The notes beneath the pieces are model-generated. The model was not told the origin of the DNA, made no database searches, and saw only the letters and a list, made by a program, of their open reading frames with translations. This document shows, piece by piece, positions 20,025-31,087 of a stretch of 64,000 bases of DNA (position 1 is its first letter; every line of letters begins with the position of its first letter). The stretch comes from Polyangiaceae bacterium (GTDB lineage Bacteria; Myxococcota_A; Polyangia; Polyangiales; Polyangiaceae), in assembly GCA_044376115.1 (NCBI GenBank), contig JBILLK010000002.1, positions 288,001-352,000 on the forward strand. The letters run 5' to 3'. Both the position numbers and the translations under genes were made by a program.

Positions 20025-23000
20025 TTAGTTGCTGCGAACCTTCTCAAATGGCTCGCGCCGCCAGGGTTCTTGGCTGGCGATCTTGATCAAACTCACGTCC
20101 TCGGGCTTACGGATCGTAACCAGCGTGGCGTGAACACCGGGCGCCCCGCTGACGCTGCTGAGCAAGTTGGGCGCAAGCTGTAGGACCGGTACCGCGAGCG
20201 CCTCGGCGAGCGTCTCGGCGTGCTTGGCTTGGCGCTCCAAAACAGCGTTGGCCAGGCTGCGCAGGCTGCGATCGAGAGCGTCCAAGTAGCGCTCGCGCAG
20301 ATGCTTGATCTGACCGCCGAGCTCACCGCCGATCTCCTCGAGTGCGCCCCACGCTGCGGCTATCGCCGGAGCCAGCGATTGATGGACGAAGGCCTCGATC
20401 TCGGCGATGTCGTCGAGCACCTGCTCGGCGCGCACCAGCTCCTCCGAGAAGCGCAACAGCGTGCTCGCGTCGCCACCGCCACCCGCTGCTGAAAGCCGCG
20501 GCGCGATCGAAACGCCGAACTCTGCCTCGAGCGCTGCGAGCCGTTCGAGCGCGGCTGAAAACGCCGGAGTATCGGCGTTGGGCTGCGCTAGTTCGAGGAA
20601 GTTCGGCGTGTGCGGTGGGAAGCTGCACTCGAGCGGACGCAAGGCAACGAAGCGACCTCCCGCTGCAGCGAGCGCGGCTGGAGCATCCACGTCGCCGGCC
20701 ATCAGGTTGAAGGGCGCCGCGATCAGCGCCGCCTCCTTGGCCGCTGTGGAGCTGCCCAGTGCGGTTGCGCTCTCATGCGGCAGGGCGGTCTTGAGGTAGA
20801 GGCCAAGTTGCACCGCCGTTCCCTTCGGCCGCATTTCCCACGCCGCATCGAGCGACGCCAGCTCACTCGGAAGCAAGGCCAGATCGAGCTGGACGCCGGC
20901 GCGCGCAGTCAGCGTAAGCACGCCCTCGGCCTCGTTACCCGGGAGCAGCCCGATCAGCACCAGCGCCTCGCGCGGAGTCCCGGCGGCAACGACGCGCCGA
21001 ACGCCCTCGCCCACAGCTGGTGCGCGCGGCGCATCGAAGGCGATCAGGTTGATGCCGGCTCGCACCGCCTGTTCGACGGTGTTGGTCGCGTCGTCCTCGA
21101 GCAAGCTGCCGACCATCACACCAACGCGCGAGACCGTGAGTTCGCCCAGCAGGCTGCCCTGCGGCAGGAAGGCTCGGGTCGCTTCGGGGCTGGCAGCGCC
21201 CGGGAGCAAGCGACGCCCAACCCCGCGCGAGGCGGTCGCGCTGCGAGCCGCTTCTTCGAGCAGCGCCCTCAGCTCTTCGCCGCGGAGCACCGGCGCTTCA
21301 CAGGCGAAGTTGCGACATACGAAGGCTTGGCTCTGCCCAACTAGCGGCGCTTTGCCCGCGAGCAGCGGTAGCGAGCTCGGCTCGCTTCCGCGCGCGACGA
21401 TCGTAAAGCCGCGCGCATGACCGATCAGCGCCTTGTTCAGCTCGGCGTAGTTCGGGTCGCCGGGCGAACCGACGAGCGCAACCTCGATCGGCGCGAAGGC
21501 GAGCTTGCGCGCCACATCGAGCGACGTCATGAAGGCCCTCGGTAGCCTTGTAATCGGGCGGCCAAAGGCGACGATCGCCTCCTGTGCGAGCTCACGCAAA
21601 TCGTCCCGACCGAAGTGCGCGCCCAAGCGAACGAGCACGCGCGCGAACACAGCGTTGGGGCTGGCCGTTGCGCCGTCGGAGCCTTCATACATGCGTACCG
21701 CGAGCTGCTCTTGATGGCTGGCGGTATTGAAGAAGGGACCTTGCTCACTGCGAAAATCCAAGACGGCGCGCTCGGCGAGCGCCAGCGCCGTGCGCAACCA
21801 CTCATCCTGGCCGGTCGCCTCGTACAGCTCGATCAGCCCCTCGGCGAAGAACGCGTAGTCCTCGAGAAAGCCGCCGATATGGCTTTTGCCAGCGCGATGG
21901 GCACGGAGCAAACGGCCGTCGGCGTCGCGCAGCGAGGAGAGGATGAAGCGCGCACAACGTTGGGCCGCCTCGAGGTAACGAGGCTCATCCAGCAGGGCGC
22001 CGGCGAGCGCCAGCGCGCTGATAGTGAGGCCGTTCCAAGCGCTCAAGATCTTGTCGTCGCACAGGGGCTTGATCCGCTCATTGCGTACGCTACGGAGCTT
22101 CTCTTTGGCTTCGTCGATGCGCCGGTTCAGCTCGGGCAAGGGGAGGTTCGCCTCGCGAGATAGAGCGATGAGGGAGCGCTTGCGGCGCAAGACGTTGTGG
22201 CCCTCCCAATTGCCGGCCTCGCTGACGTCGAACACCAGCGCCATCAGCTCGGCTTGGTCTCCGCAAACGCGATCGAACTCGGCCTTGCTCCAGACGAAGA
22301 ACTTCCCTTCGACGCCTTCGCTGTCGGCGTCGGTGGCGCTGTAGAACCCGCCGCCTTCGTCCTGCATCTCGCGCAATAGGTAGTCGAGCGTCTCGCGCAC
22401 CACGCTGGCGTACGAAGGGTCGGCGAACGCGCGGAACGCCTCGGTGTAGAGGCGAACGAGCTGCGCGTTGTCGTACAGCATCTTTTCGAAATGCGGCACA
22501 TGCCATTCTTTGTCGGTGGAATAGCGCGCAAAGCCCCCACCCACGTGATCGTAGATACCGCCAGCCGCCATGCGATCGAGCGTCACGGTGAGCGCGTGGC
22601 GGGCGTTTTCATCGGCCTCCTCGACTGCGTGCCGGAGTAGCAGCGCGAGCGTGAAAGGCGCCGGAAATTTGGGCGCCGGTCCAAAGCCGCCGTGCACTTC
22701 GTCGAAGTTCGAAAGCACGCTCTTGAGCGCATCTTTCTCGAGTGAAGGTGGCAGCGCCGCGGGCGGCGCGGACTTCGCTTCATCCTGCAACGCTTGCAGC
22801 AGTGTATCGGCTTGGCGCTCCACATCGCTGCGTTGCTTCTGCCAAAGTTGGGCGATACGCGAGAGCAGGTCGGTGAAGCCGGGCCTCCCGTACTTCGACT
22901 CCTTCGGGAAGTAGGTGCCGGCAAAGAAAGGACGTCCGTCGGGCGTGATGAAGACGCTCATCGGCCAGCCGCCGGCGCCGGTCATCGCGATGGTCGCGGT

Positions 23001-23291
23001 CATGTAAAGTTGATCGACGTCGGGGCGCTCTTCGCGATCGACCTTGATGGCGATGAAGTCGCGATTGAGCGCCTGCGCGACTACTTCGTCTTCGAAGCTC
23101 TCGCGCTCCATCACGTGGCACCAATGACAAGCTGCGTAGCCGATGCTCACGAACACCGGCTTGTCTTCGCGCTTCGCCCGCTCCAGCGCCTCCGGCCCCC
23201 ACGGGTACCAATCCACCGGGTTGTTAGCGTGCGAAAGCAGGTACGGACTTGCGGCCTGCGCAAGACGATTGGTGGGGCGGCCGGAGCTCAT
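20025..23291 (-). CDS. YyaL/SSP411 (DUF255 thioredoxin + alpha/alpha barrel) protein fused to a degenerate aldo-keto-reductase-like C-terminus
   Basis: [50 protein letters not shown]; tail [16 protein letters not shown]. Confidence 0.88.
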   Translation of the reverse strand: MSSGRPTNRLAQAASPYLLSHANNPVDWYPWGPEALERAKREDKPVFVSIGYAACHWCHVMERESFEDEVVAQALNRDFIAIKVDREERPDVDQLYMTATIAMTGAGGWPMSVFITPDGRPFFAGTYFPKESKYGRPGFTDLLSRIAQLWQKQRSDVERQADTLLQALQDEAKSAPPAALPPSLEKDALKSVLSNFDEVHGGFGPAPKFPAPFTLALLLRHAVEEADENARHALTVTLDRMAAGGIYDHVGGGFARYSTDKEWHVPHFEKMLYDNAQLVRLYTEAFRAFADPSYASVVRETLDYLLREMQDEGGGFYSATDADSEGVEGKFFVWSKAEFDRVCGDQAELMALVFDVSEAGNWEGHNVLRRKRSLIALSREANLPLPELNRRIDEAKEKLRSVRNERIKPLCDDKILSAWNGLTISALALAGALLDEPRYLEAAQRCARFILSSLRDADGRLLRAHRAGKSHIGGFLEDYAFFAEGLIELYEATGQDEWLRTALALAERAVLDFRSEQGPFFNTASHQEQLAVRMYEGSDGATASPNAVFARVLVRLGAHFGRDDLRELAQEAIVAFGRPITRLPRAFMTSLDVARKLAFAPIEVALVGSPGDPNYAELNKALIGHARGFTIVARGSEPSSLPLLAGKAPLVGQSQAFVCRNFACEAPVLRGEELRALLEEAARSATASRGVGRRLLPGAASPEATRAFLPQGSLLGELTVSRVGVMVGSLLEDDATNTVEQAVRAGINLIAFDAPRAPAVGEGVRRVVAAGTPREALVLIGLLPGNEAEGVLTLTARAGVQLDLALLPSELASLDAAWEMRPKGTAVQLGLYLKTALPHESATALGSSTAAKEAALIAAPFNLMAGDVDAPAALAAAGGRFVALRPLECSFPPHTPNFLELAQPNADTPAFSAALERLAALEAEFGVSIAPRLSAAGGGGDASTLLRFSEELVRAEQVLDDIAEIEAFVHQSLAPAIAAAWGALEEIGGELGGQIKHLRERYLDALDRSLRSLANAVLERQAKHAETLAEALAVPVLQLAPNLLSSVSGAPGVHATLVTIRKPEDVSLIKIASQEPWRREPFEKVRSN

Positions 23292-23414
23292 CGGCGGTTC
23301 ATGTTCGCCTTTTGGCTGCCCGGCAACCCCGATCGGGGAGCTGGCATGGAGATAACGTGGAAGCCGAGGCGAAACCTTGACCAGGTTGACGCGGTGGCCC
23401 ACGTTCCGCAACCA

Positions 23415-24743
23415 ATGCAGACCATTGCGGGATGGGGCCGAATCGGCGCCCCGGGCACAGAAACTCTCTCGGAAGACCTCGAACGGCTGAGCGTCGGCGC
23501 GGTGCTCAGCCGCGGGCTCGGCCGCTCCTACGGAGACAGCGCCATCCCGCCTGCCGATGCGCCCACCGTCGCGACCACGACCATGGCCGATCGCATCCTC
23601 GGGTTCGATCCCGAGAGCGCTGTGTTGCGGGCCGAAGCCGGCGTATCGATCGAGCAACTCAACCGCAGGTTGTTGCGCAAAGGCTTCTTCGTCCCGGTGA
23701 CGCCGGGCACGCAGTTCGTCACCATGGGCGGCGCCGTCGCGGCCGACGTGCACGGCAAGAACCACCACGTGGACGGCTGCTTTGGCTCGCACGTGCAGCG
23801 GCTCAAGCTGCGCGTCCCGGATGGCCGCCTGGTGGAGGCCACACCCGACGGCGAACACAGCGATCTGTTTTGGGCCAACGTCGGCGGCATGGGCTTGTTC
23901 GGGCACATCCTCGAGGTGGACGTGAAGATGAAGGCTGTGCCTTCGCCCTGGATCGCTCAACAAACCGAGCGCGTCGACGACATCGACCAGTACATCGATC
24001 TGCTGAAGCAGCGCGCAGCCGAGTTCCCTTTCACCGTCGGCTGGATCGACTGCCTCTCGGGCGGTAAGAACTTGGGGCGCGGCACCTTGATCGCCGGCAA
24101 GTGGGCCTCGGCCGAGGAGGCGCCGCAACGCTTCCCAGAGCCGAAACGTCGCATCACCTTTCCGATGGAGCTACCGAGCTGGGCGCTCTCCCGCCCCACG
24201 GTGCAAGCCTTCAACACGCTCAACTATTGGCGTCATCTGCCGCGCAAAATGAACGGCCTGGTGCATTGGGAGACCTTCTTCTACCCGCTCGACATGATCC
24301 GCGAGTGGAACCGCATGTACGGCAAGCGCGGCTTTACGCAGTATCAGTGCGTGCTGCCCGATTCGGCTGGGCGCGGCGCGGCTCGCCGCGTGCTCGAGCT
24401 GCTCAGCCGGCGAGGCGGAGCGAGCTTTCTGTGCGTGATCAAAGACTGCGGGGAGGCCAATCGCGGCCTGCTCTCCTTCCCGATGAAAGGCATCAGCATC
24501 GCGCTCGACATCGCCGTGCGCGACGACACGCAGGCTTTGATCGACGCGCTCAACGAGCAGGTACTGAGCGACGGCGGCCGCATCTACCTTGCCAAGGATC
24601 AGTTCACCCGGCCGGAGCACTTCCGCGAAATGGAGAAGGCGCGCCTCGGACGCTTTCTCGAGGCGCGCGATCGCTGGGACCCGCAGCGCAAGGTTCGAAG
24701 TCGGCAGTCGGAGCGGCTGTTCGGCGACCGCGCAGCCACATGA
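23415..24743 (+). CDS. FAD-linked oxidase, DprE1-like (polyprenyl-phosphoribose 2'-oxidase family)
   Basis: [45 protein letters not shown]; start approximate. Confidence 0.88.
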   Translation: MQTIAGWGRIGAPGTETLSEDLERLSVGAVLSRGLGRSYGDSAIPPADAPTVATTTMADRILGFDPESAVLRAEAGVSIEQLNRRLLRKGFFVPVTPGTQFVTMGGAVAADVHGKNHHVDGCFGSHVQRLKLRVPDGRLVEATPDGEHSDLFWANVGGMGLFGHILEVDVKMKAVPSPWIAQQTERVDDIDQYIDLLKQRAAEFPFTVGWIDCLSGGKNLGRGTLIAGKWASAEEAPQRFPEPKRRITFPMELPSWALSRPTVQAFNTLNYWRHLPRKMNGLVHWETFFYPLDMIREWNRMYGKRGFTQYQCVLPDSAGRGAARRVLELLSRRGGASFLCVIKDCGEANRGLLSFPMKGISIALDIAVRDDTQALIDALNEQVLSDGGRIYLAKDQFTRPEHFREMEKARLGRFLEARDRWDPQRKVRSRQSERLFGDRAAT

Positions 24744-24798
24744 ACGAGGCCATGCCGCCCAAGTCATTCCCTCCGGCGGAGCGGACTGGTAGAGCGCG

Positions 24799-25539
24799 AT
24801 GATGAACGTTGTCTTTCTTGGTGCGACCAAAGGCATGGGGCGCGCGTTGGCTCGGCTGATGGCGGCGCGCGGAGATGCGCTGTTTCTGCTCGGCCGGGAC
24901 GCTGAGGACCTGGATAAGACCAGCGCGGATCTGGGCGCAGACGGTATGCGTCCGCTCGGCCACTACGCTTGTGATCTCTCCGACGCGAGCTCCTTCCCGC
25001 AGGCGCTGGACCGCGCCTTCGAGGCCTTTGGTGGGCATGTGGACGTGGTGGTCGTCACCGCCGGCTTGTTCGATACGCAGGACGCGCTCGAGTCGGATGC
25101 AGCGCTGCTACGCCGCGTGCTCGACGTCGATTTCACCGGCACCGTGATGTTCTGTGAAGAGGCGCGCAAGCGGCTGATGGCGCGCGGCGGCGGGACGTTG
25201 TGTGTGTTCTCGTCGGTGGCTGGTGAGCGCGGACGCAAGCCGGTGGTGCTTTACGGAGCGGCCAAAGCGGGGCTCTCGCACTACCTCGAGGGGCTCGATC
25301 ATCGTTATCGGGCACAGGGTCTGAAGGTGGTCACGGTCAAGCCAGGATTTGTCAAAACAGGTCTAACCGCCGGTCTCAAACCGCCGCCTTTCGCCGGAGA
25401 ACCGGAAGAGGTCGCAGAACTCGTGCTCAAAGGGATCGATCGCGGGACACCCGAGGTGTACGCCCCGCGCGCCTGGGGCGCGGTCATGACAGTGATTCGA
25501 AATCTTCCTCGTTTTGTCATGCGCCGCGTCAGCTTTTGA
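24799..25539 (+). CDS. Short-chain dehydrogenase/reductase, DprE2-like
   Basis: GATKGMG, SSVAGERGR, YGAAK, VKPGFV; directly after the DprE1-like gene. Confidence 0.85.
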   Translation: MMNVVFLGATKGMGRALARLMAARGDALFLLGRDAEDLDKTSADLGADGMRPLGHYACDLSDASSFPQALDRAFEAFGGHVDVVVVTAGLFDTQDALESDAALLRRVLDVDFTGTVMFCEEARKRLMARGGGTLCVFSSVAGERGRKPVVLYGAAKAGLSHYLEGLDHRYRAQGLKVVTVKPGFVKTGLTAGLKPPPFAGEPEEVAELVLKGIDRGTPEVYAPRAWGAVMTVIRNLPRFVMRRVSF

Positions 25540-25554
25540 GCTTCACTTCGCGCG

Positions 25555-27765
25555 ATGAAACTCGCGCGCCCGCTGCTCACCAGTCTCTGCCTCCTCTGTG
25601 CTTCGCCTGCCTTCGCGGAACAACGCGTCGCAGGCTCTCAAGAGCTCGTGGTGAAGCCCGGGAGTTCGATCGAGGCTGCGGCGCAGGACTTCCTGAGCGC
25701 TCGCAGCGCAGAGTTCGGTCTCGCGGGGACGGAGCTACGCATGCAACGCGAGACGCGCTCCTTGCGCGGCTCGAGCGTGGTGCGCTTTGCGCAGTCGGTC
25801 GGTGGAGTGCGCGTAGCGGAGGGCGGCGTTACGCTCGTCGTGCGCAAGGACGGCACCTTCGGCGGCGCCGCGGTGGACGTACGCAAACTGAACGTGGACC
25901 CGGTGCCGCAGCTCAGCCAGCAGCAGGCGCTCGCGGCCCTGCAAAGCGAGCTTGTGACCGTGGAGCAGCCCTTTCGCAGCGAGCTGCTGATCCTGCGCAT
26001 CCACTCGCAGAGCGGCCAGGCCACCTTGGCCTACGCCTTTGATCTTAATGATCAGGCTGGCGGAACGCGCTACTTCATCAACGCGCACACCGGCTCGCTC
26101 GTGACCTCGCGGCCCCTCGCAACGCACGTACTCGGGCGCGTGCACGAGATGAACGCTGTCGAGACGCCGGAGCTCGTGGATCGCGAACTGCCGCTGATCG
26201 ACGAGGTGACCAAACCCCGTCGGCTGCGCGGTTGGGACGGGCTCTTCAACGTCGCCAACTACGTGAGCGGAGATAGTCAGAACGGCTATGAGCTTTCGCA
26301 GGACCTCGGCCCCAACGTTGGCAACGACTTCCTCTACGACCTGCCGACCAACCTGCTTTCCACCACCGACGAGCTGGCGCAGGTCAACCTCTACTACCAC
26401 CTCACCCATATTCGGAATGCCTTCAGCGCGCTCGGGGTCGACCAGACTGCCTCGTCGTGGAGTCTCACCGCGGTGGCCAACGCGCGTGAGAACGGGCAAC
26501 CGCTCGACAACGCCTTCTTCTCGGGCGCACCAGAGCCGCAGTTCAGCTCCAACAACATGATCGTGATCGGCCAGGGCAGCGTGGGAGACTTTGCCTACGA
26601 CTCCGACGTCTTCAAGCATGAGTTCGGCCACTACGTTTCGAACAACGCCATCGGATACAACCTCGGCCAGTTCAACTTCGACGAGTTCGGTCAGTCGCCG
26701 TTCTCCGGCTCGATCGACGAGGGCATCGCCGACTACTTCGCTTGCAGCGACAACGACGATTCGCAGCTTGGGGAGGCGTCTCTCGCGCCGCTTGGTGCCG
26801 GCCGCGATTTGACCGACACCAGCAAGGTCTGCCCTGACGACGTTATTGGCGAGGTGCATGCGGACGGTGAGATCATCGGCAGCTTGGGCTGGTCGATTCG
26901 CGAGGAGGTCGGGCGCGACCTGGCCGATCGCATCATGTGGGACGCCCTTTCATCGCTCAACCCAGGTGCAGATTTCCAAGCCTTCGGGCTCGCGCTCAAA
27001 GCCGCCGCGCAAGAGCAAGCCGACGCCGGCAACCTCACCGAGCCGCAGCGTGCGGCGATTGATGCGCTGATCGCGGCGCGCGGGATCGACACCTGCGAAC
27101 GGGTGATCGCGCTCGACGGCGGCAAGGTGGCGACCGGCACCATCTTTGGGCTCGAGACGATCGGCGCTGCTTTTGGTGCCTCCTGTGACCAGGTGCAGAG
27201 CTTCGGCGTTACCTTGTCCTCGCTCTTCCACTATTCGTACGCGCCCGCCGCAGGAGACACCGGGGTGCAGTTCAGCTTCTCCGGCGCGGCCCAGGGCTCC
27301 GGGGATCTCGACTACACCGGCTATATTCGCGTTGGTGAGCCTGTGACCTTCAAGGTCTCCGGCCAAGGCCTCCCCGAGGTGGACGAGTTCGACTATGCGT
27401 TCGACGAGAACGGCTCGGCCGCCGACTTCGTGATCGATCAGAACAGCTCACCGCCGTTCGATGCTTCGCAGCGCTACTACCTCGCGGTGGTCTCGCGCAG
27501 CTGCCCGACGCTGGCCTTCCAGATCAGCGCCGGCGCCCCCGAGCCCGAACCGCCGCCCGGCGTCGGCGGAGCTTCGGCGAACGGCGGCGCTGATGCGGGT
27601 GGCGCTGGAGGGGAGGGCGGTCAACCTGCAGGCGACGGCGAGGACGGCGAGGACGGCTGTGATTGTCGAGCCGCCACCACCTCGTCGAATGCAGGGTCTT
27701 TTGCGCTCGCAGCGCTGGCGCTGGTCGGGCTCGTGCGCCGTCGTCGCGCGCTGAAGCAAGGCTGA
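25555..27765 (+). CDS. Secreted M4/M36-type zinc metalloprotease with propeptide and MYXO-CTERM anchor
   Basis: Signal peptide; FTP-like propeptide; DNAFF, HEFGH, DEGIADYF, EVHADG; GCDC..TM..RRRR tail. Confidence 0.88.
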   Translation: MKLARPLLTSLCLLCASPAFAEQRVAGSQELVVKPGSSIEAAAQDFLSARSAEFGLAGTELRMQRETRSLRGSSVVRFAQSVGGVRVAEGGVTLVVRKDGTFGGAAVDVRKLNVDPVPQLSQQQALAALQSELVTVEQPFRSELLILRIHSQSGQATLAYAFDLNDQAGGTRYFINAHTGSLVTSRPLATHVLGRVHEMNAVETPELVDRELPLIDEVTKPRRLRGWDGLFNVANYVSGDSQNGYELSQDLGPNVGNDFLYDLPTNLLSTTDELAQVNLYYHLTHIRNAFSALGVDQTASSWSLTAVANARENGQPLDNAFFSGAPEPQFSSNNMIVIGQGSVGDFAYDSDVFKHEFGHYVSNNAIGYNLGQFNFDEFGQSPFSGSIDEGIADYFACSDNDDSQLGEASLAPLGAGRDLTDTSKVCPDDVIGEVHADGEIIGSLGWSIREEVGRDLADRIMWDALSSLNPGADFQAFGLALKAAAQEQADAGNLTEPQRAAIDALIAARGIDTCERVIALDGGKVATGTIFGLETIGAAFGASCDQVQSFGVTLSSLFHYSYAPAAGDTGVQFSFSGAAQGSGDLDYTGYIRVGEPVTFKVSGQGLPEVDEFDYAFDENGSAADFVIDQNSSPPFDASQRYYLAVVSRSCPTLAFQISAGAPEPEPPPGVGGASANGGADAGGAGGEGGQPAGDGEDGEDGCDCRAATTSSNAGSFALAALALVGLVRRRRALKQG

Positions 27766-27793
27766 GCGCGCGGTTTCGGCGGAAGGCGGGCGG

Positions 27794-28435
27794 TCAGCGT
27801 GCGGGGCGAAGCGCAGGCTTCGCCTCGCGGGCTTTGATCGTCGGCGTGCTCAAAAGGCGCGCCGCGAGGACGCCGCCGACGAAGCCGAACAGATGGCCTT
27901 CCCAGGAGATGCCGGCCTGGCCGGGGAGCACGCCCCAAAGCGCGCTACCATAAAGGCCGAACACCGCGACGCTGCCAACGATAGGCCAGAACTTGCGCTC
28001 GAACAGCCCGCGCGAAAGCAAGTAGCCGAGGTAGCCGAAGACCAAGATGCTGGCGCCGATGTGCACGCTCGCCGACGCGCCGATCAGCCAAATTCCGGCT
28101 CCACCAACAAGGGCGCTGGCGACCGATACGTAGGCCAAATCCCGCTTGCGACGCAGCATGATGAAGAAGCCGAGCACGAGCAGCGGCACCGTGTTGGCCA
28201 TCAAATGCGAGAAGCCGCCATGCAAAAACGGCGCGAGCAGGATGCCGCGCAGGCCGCTCAAGGTGCGCGGCATGATGCCGAAGCGATCGAGCCCACCGCG
28301 AAAGATCACCGCGTCGACGATCTCGAGAAACCACATCGAGCCGACGAGGCCACCCAGCGGTACAGCCGTGGCGCGGACCTCCGACTTGAGTTCGGCCAGC
28401 GCGGTGCTCTTTTGGTTGGGCCCTTTGGTCAACAT
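27794..28435 (-). CDS. Rhomboid-family intramembrane serine protease
   Basis: PFLHGGFSHLMAN, IGAS (catalytic Ser), SWEGHLFG (catalytic His). Confidence 0.92.
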   Translation of the reverse strand: MLTKGPNQKSTALAELKSEVRATAVPLGGLVGSMWFLEIVDAVIFRGGLDRFGIMPRTLSGLRGILLAPFLHGGFSHLMANTVPLLVLGFFIMLRRKRDLAYVSVASALVGGAGIWLIGASASVHIGASILVFGYLGYLLSRGLFERKFWPIVGSVAVFGLYGSALWGVLPGQAGISWEGHLFGFVGGVLAARLLSTPTIKAREAKPALRPAR

Positions 28436-28536
28436 TTCGGCTCAGTATGCAGCGCCGCACGCGTTGCGGCCAGCCGCAGCTCACGACTGCAGCAAAGATC
28501 CACCTTCCAAGCGAATCCGCTAACCTAGCCGCCACT

Positions 28537-30252
28537 ATGGCACGCACACCTCTTTTCTCCGCGCTTCGCAGGGCCTTTCGTCGAGCAACCTCCGCCTCGC
28601 AGGTGAGTCGGGAGCTTGTGAGTGTGGACGGGGAGCGTCGTCGTCAGCTGCTGGTGGCGGCTTTGGGCAGCGCGGGTTTGCCGCTCGTTGGTTGCGGGGA
28701 TGACGAGACGAACCCCACGCCGACCGAGGAAGTGATCGCCATCGTGGGCGGTGGCATCGCTGGTCTGCACTGTGCCTATCGGCTCAAAGAAGCAGGCGTT
28801 GTGGCGACCGTTTACGAGGCCGCCAAGCGCGTCGGCGGCCGCATGTACTCGGCGGTCGGCGAATTCGCCGAGGCCCCCGAGCAGCTGCTCGAGCTGGGTG
28901 GTGAGCTGATCGATACCGGCCACGAGACGCTCAAAGCGCTGGCCCAAGAGTTTGGCCTCACGCTCGATGACCGGCTCGCCGGGGACCAAGCGCCGTTGCA
29001 ACAAGACACCTGGTACATCGCCGGTGTGGTCATCTCCGACGAAGTGGTGGTCGAGCAATTCAGCGCCGTTGCGCCAGCGATCGCCGCTCAGGTCGAGGCC
29101 GCGGATAGCGATGACGAGGCCTACACCACGCTCGATGAAACGCCGCTCGATCAATGGCTCGATGAGAACGTTCCGACGGCGCAATACCCCGAGCTGCACG
29201 CCATTCTCTCCACCGCCTACCGTGGCGAATACGGCCTCGAGAACAACCAGCAATCGGCGCTCAACCTGATCTACTTGATCGGCGCTGATGATCCGGATCC
29301 GTTCCGAACCTTCGGCGACAGCGATGAGCGCTACCACGCGCATACCGGCAATGAGGCGTTCACCATCAAGTTGGCCGAGGGCCTCGAGACCTCGCAAATC
29401 AAGCGGGAGCACGAGCTCGTGTCGGTGGCCGATGCCGACGGTGGAGCCTTCGAACTGACCTTCAATACGCCCGACGGCGAAGTGAAAGTGACGGCGACGC
29501 GGGTGGTGTTCGCGCTGCCGTTTACCAAGCTGCGCGAGGTGGATCTATCGGGGCTTGCCTCGCTCAGCGCCGAGAAGAAGACCATCATCGACGAGCTCGG
29601 TTACGGCACCAACGCCAAGGTGATGATGGGCTTCACGTCGCGCGTGTGGAAGGCGGACTATCAGGCCTCCGGCGGGATGGGCACCGATTTGCCGGTGCAA
29701 CAGACCTGGGACACCACCATCGGGCAGGACGGCGCGCACGGCATCATGACCAACTTCCTCGGCGGTGAGCAGGGCGTGGCTAGCGGCGAAGGAACGGCCG
29801 AAGAATGGGCGACCGGCGTGCTGCCCGACCTCGAGCAAATCTGGCCGGGCATGGACGCCGCGTGGACCGGGAAGGCGGTGCGCATGCACTGGCCCACGGT
29901 GCCGACGATGAAAGGCAGCTACGCCTGCTACAAGCCGGGCCAGTGGGCGTTTTACGGGGTGGAGGGCCAACGTGAAGGCAACCTGCATTTCTGCGGTGAG
30001 CACACCTCGCTCGACTTCCAAGGCTACATGGAGGGCGGCGCCGAAACCGGTGCCCTGGTCGCCGCGGAGATCCTCGAGGATCTCGAGACGACCCAACCGG
30101 CTGGGATGGTGGCCGCGCTCGGGATCAAGCTGCTGCTTCCGCAGGCCGGCTATCGCGCCAAGTCCTTCCCGCGCGAGAACCCGTTCCAACGTCGACGCCG
30201 GATCCGACAAATCGCACGGGATCTTTTGCAGAAGCTCGAGAGCGACCGCTGA
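28537..30252 (+). CDS. Flavin-dependent monoamine/amino-acid oxidase family protein, probable Tat lipoprotein
   Basis: RRRQLL...LVGC; GGGIAG; EAAKRVGGR; ELGGELID; FCGEHT...GYMEGG. Confidence 0.88.
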   Translation: MARTPLFSALRRAFRRATSASQVSRELVSVDGERRRQLLVAALGSAGLPLVGCGDDETNPTPTEEVIAIVGGGIAGLHCAYRLKEAGVVATVYEAAKRVGGRMYSAVGEFAEAPEQLLELGGELIDTGHETLKALAQEFGLTLDDRLAGDQAPLQQDTWYIAGVVISDEVVVEQFSAVAPAIAAQVEAADSDDEAYTTLDETPLDQWLDENVPTAQYPELHAILSTAYRGEYGLENNQQSALNLIYLIGADDPDPFRTFGDSDERYHAHTGNEAFTIKLAEGLETSQIKREHELVSVADADGGAFELTFNTPDGEVKVTATRVVFALPFTKLREVDLSGLASLSAEKKTIIDELGYGTNAKVMMGFTSRVWKADYQASGGMGTDLPVQQTWDTTIGQDGAHGIMTNFLGGEQGVASGEGTAEEWATGVLPDLEQIWPGMDAAWTGKAVRMHWPTVPTMKGSYACYKPGQWAFYGVEGQREGNLHFCGEHTSLDFQGYMEGGAETGALVAAEILEDLETTQPAGMVAALGIKLLLPQAGYRAKSFPRENPFQRRRRIRQIARDLLQKLESDR

Positions 30253-30260
30253 GTCGAAGC

Positions 30261-30759
30261 ATGACGGAGTCGAAGCAAGGTCCGCGCGTCTCGGTGCTGT
30301 TCGTGTGCCTCGGCAACATCTGCCGATCGCCCACCGCCGAGGGTGGTGCAGTCGCTGGTAGACAAGGCCGGCCTCTCGGCCTTCGTGCGGCTCGATAGCG
30401 CCGGAACGGCCGGCTATCACCAAGGCGAAGAGGCCGATCCGCGAACGCGCCGAGCGGCCGCGGCTCGCGGCGTCAACATTACGCATCGCGCCCGCCAGGT
30501 CGTCCCGAGCGACTTCGAACGCTTCGACCTGCTGCTGGCTCTCGACGTCAACAACGAGGCGGTATTGCTTGGCCAGGCGCCGCCCGCTTCGAAGGCTCGC
30601 GTGAAGCTCTTTCGCAGCTACGATCCGGAGAGCCAAGCCCGAGCCTCGGTGCCCGACCCGTATTATGGCGGCGCGGACGGCTTTGAGGAGGTGCTCGATC
30701 AATGCGAGCGCGCGGGAGCTGGCCTCCTCGCCGAGTTACGACGCGTCTACAGCTTCTGA
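30261..30759 (+). pseudogene. Low-molecular-weight protein-tyrosine phosphatase, frameshifted at ~30341-30347
   Basis: ATG 30261 gives VLFVCLGNICRSPTAEG and then a stop; DSAGT..DPR..VPDPYYGG lies in a different frame from 30343. Confidence 0.85.
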
Positions 30760-30815
30760 GCGTTGAGCGGGCGAAGCTACGCAGCTTGCGGTGCGGCCTC
30801 GCCCGTTCGTGCGAG

Positions 30816-31034
30816 CTACTTCTTGCCGAACAAGCCGCCGAGGGCCGAGGCCACCGAGCCGACGTCGATGTGATCCACAGCGCCGCTGGCCATACCAAGC
30901 GCCTGATCAACGTAGCCAGCGACCGACTCCGGCAGCTTCTCTTTGAGGAAGCCCGCCACCGTCTCAATCGCGCCGCGGGCCTGCTCCTCGGAGATGCCCG
31001 TCTTCTCGACAACCTTCTGAACTAGCTCTTCCAT
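30816..31034 (-). CDS. Small conserved-type hypothetical protein (72 aa)
   Basis: MEELVQKVVEKTGISEEQARGAIETVAGFLKEKLP...LGGLFGKK; caggaag RBS-like sequence upstream. Confidence 0.8.
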   Translation of the reverse strand: MEELVQKVVEKTGISEEQARGAIETVAGFLKEKLPESVAGYVDQALGMASGAVDHIDVGSVASALGGLFGKK

Positions 31035-31087
31035 GCTGACTTCCTGCTGGGGTTGAAGCGGCCTTTTCGATCCGCTGCCCGAGGTTG

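Noticed and set aside
23292..24128. N-terminal 279 aa of the 1367-aa ORF 20025..24128
   Set aside because: Antisense shadow of the DprE1-like gene; YyaL homology starts at [10 protein letters not shown] (23291).
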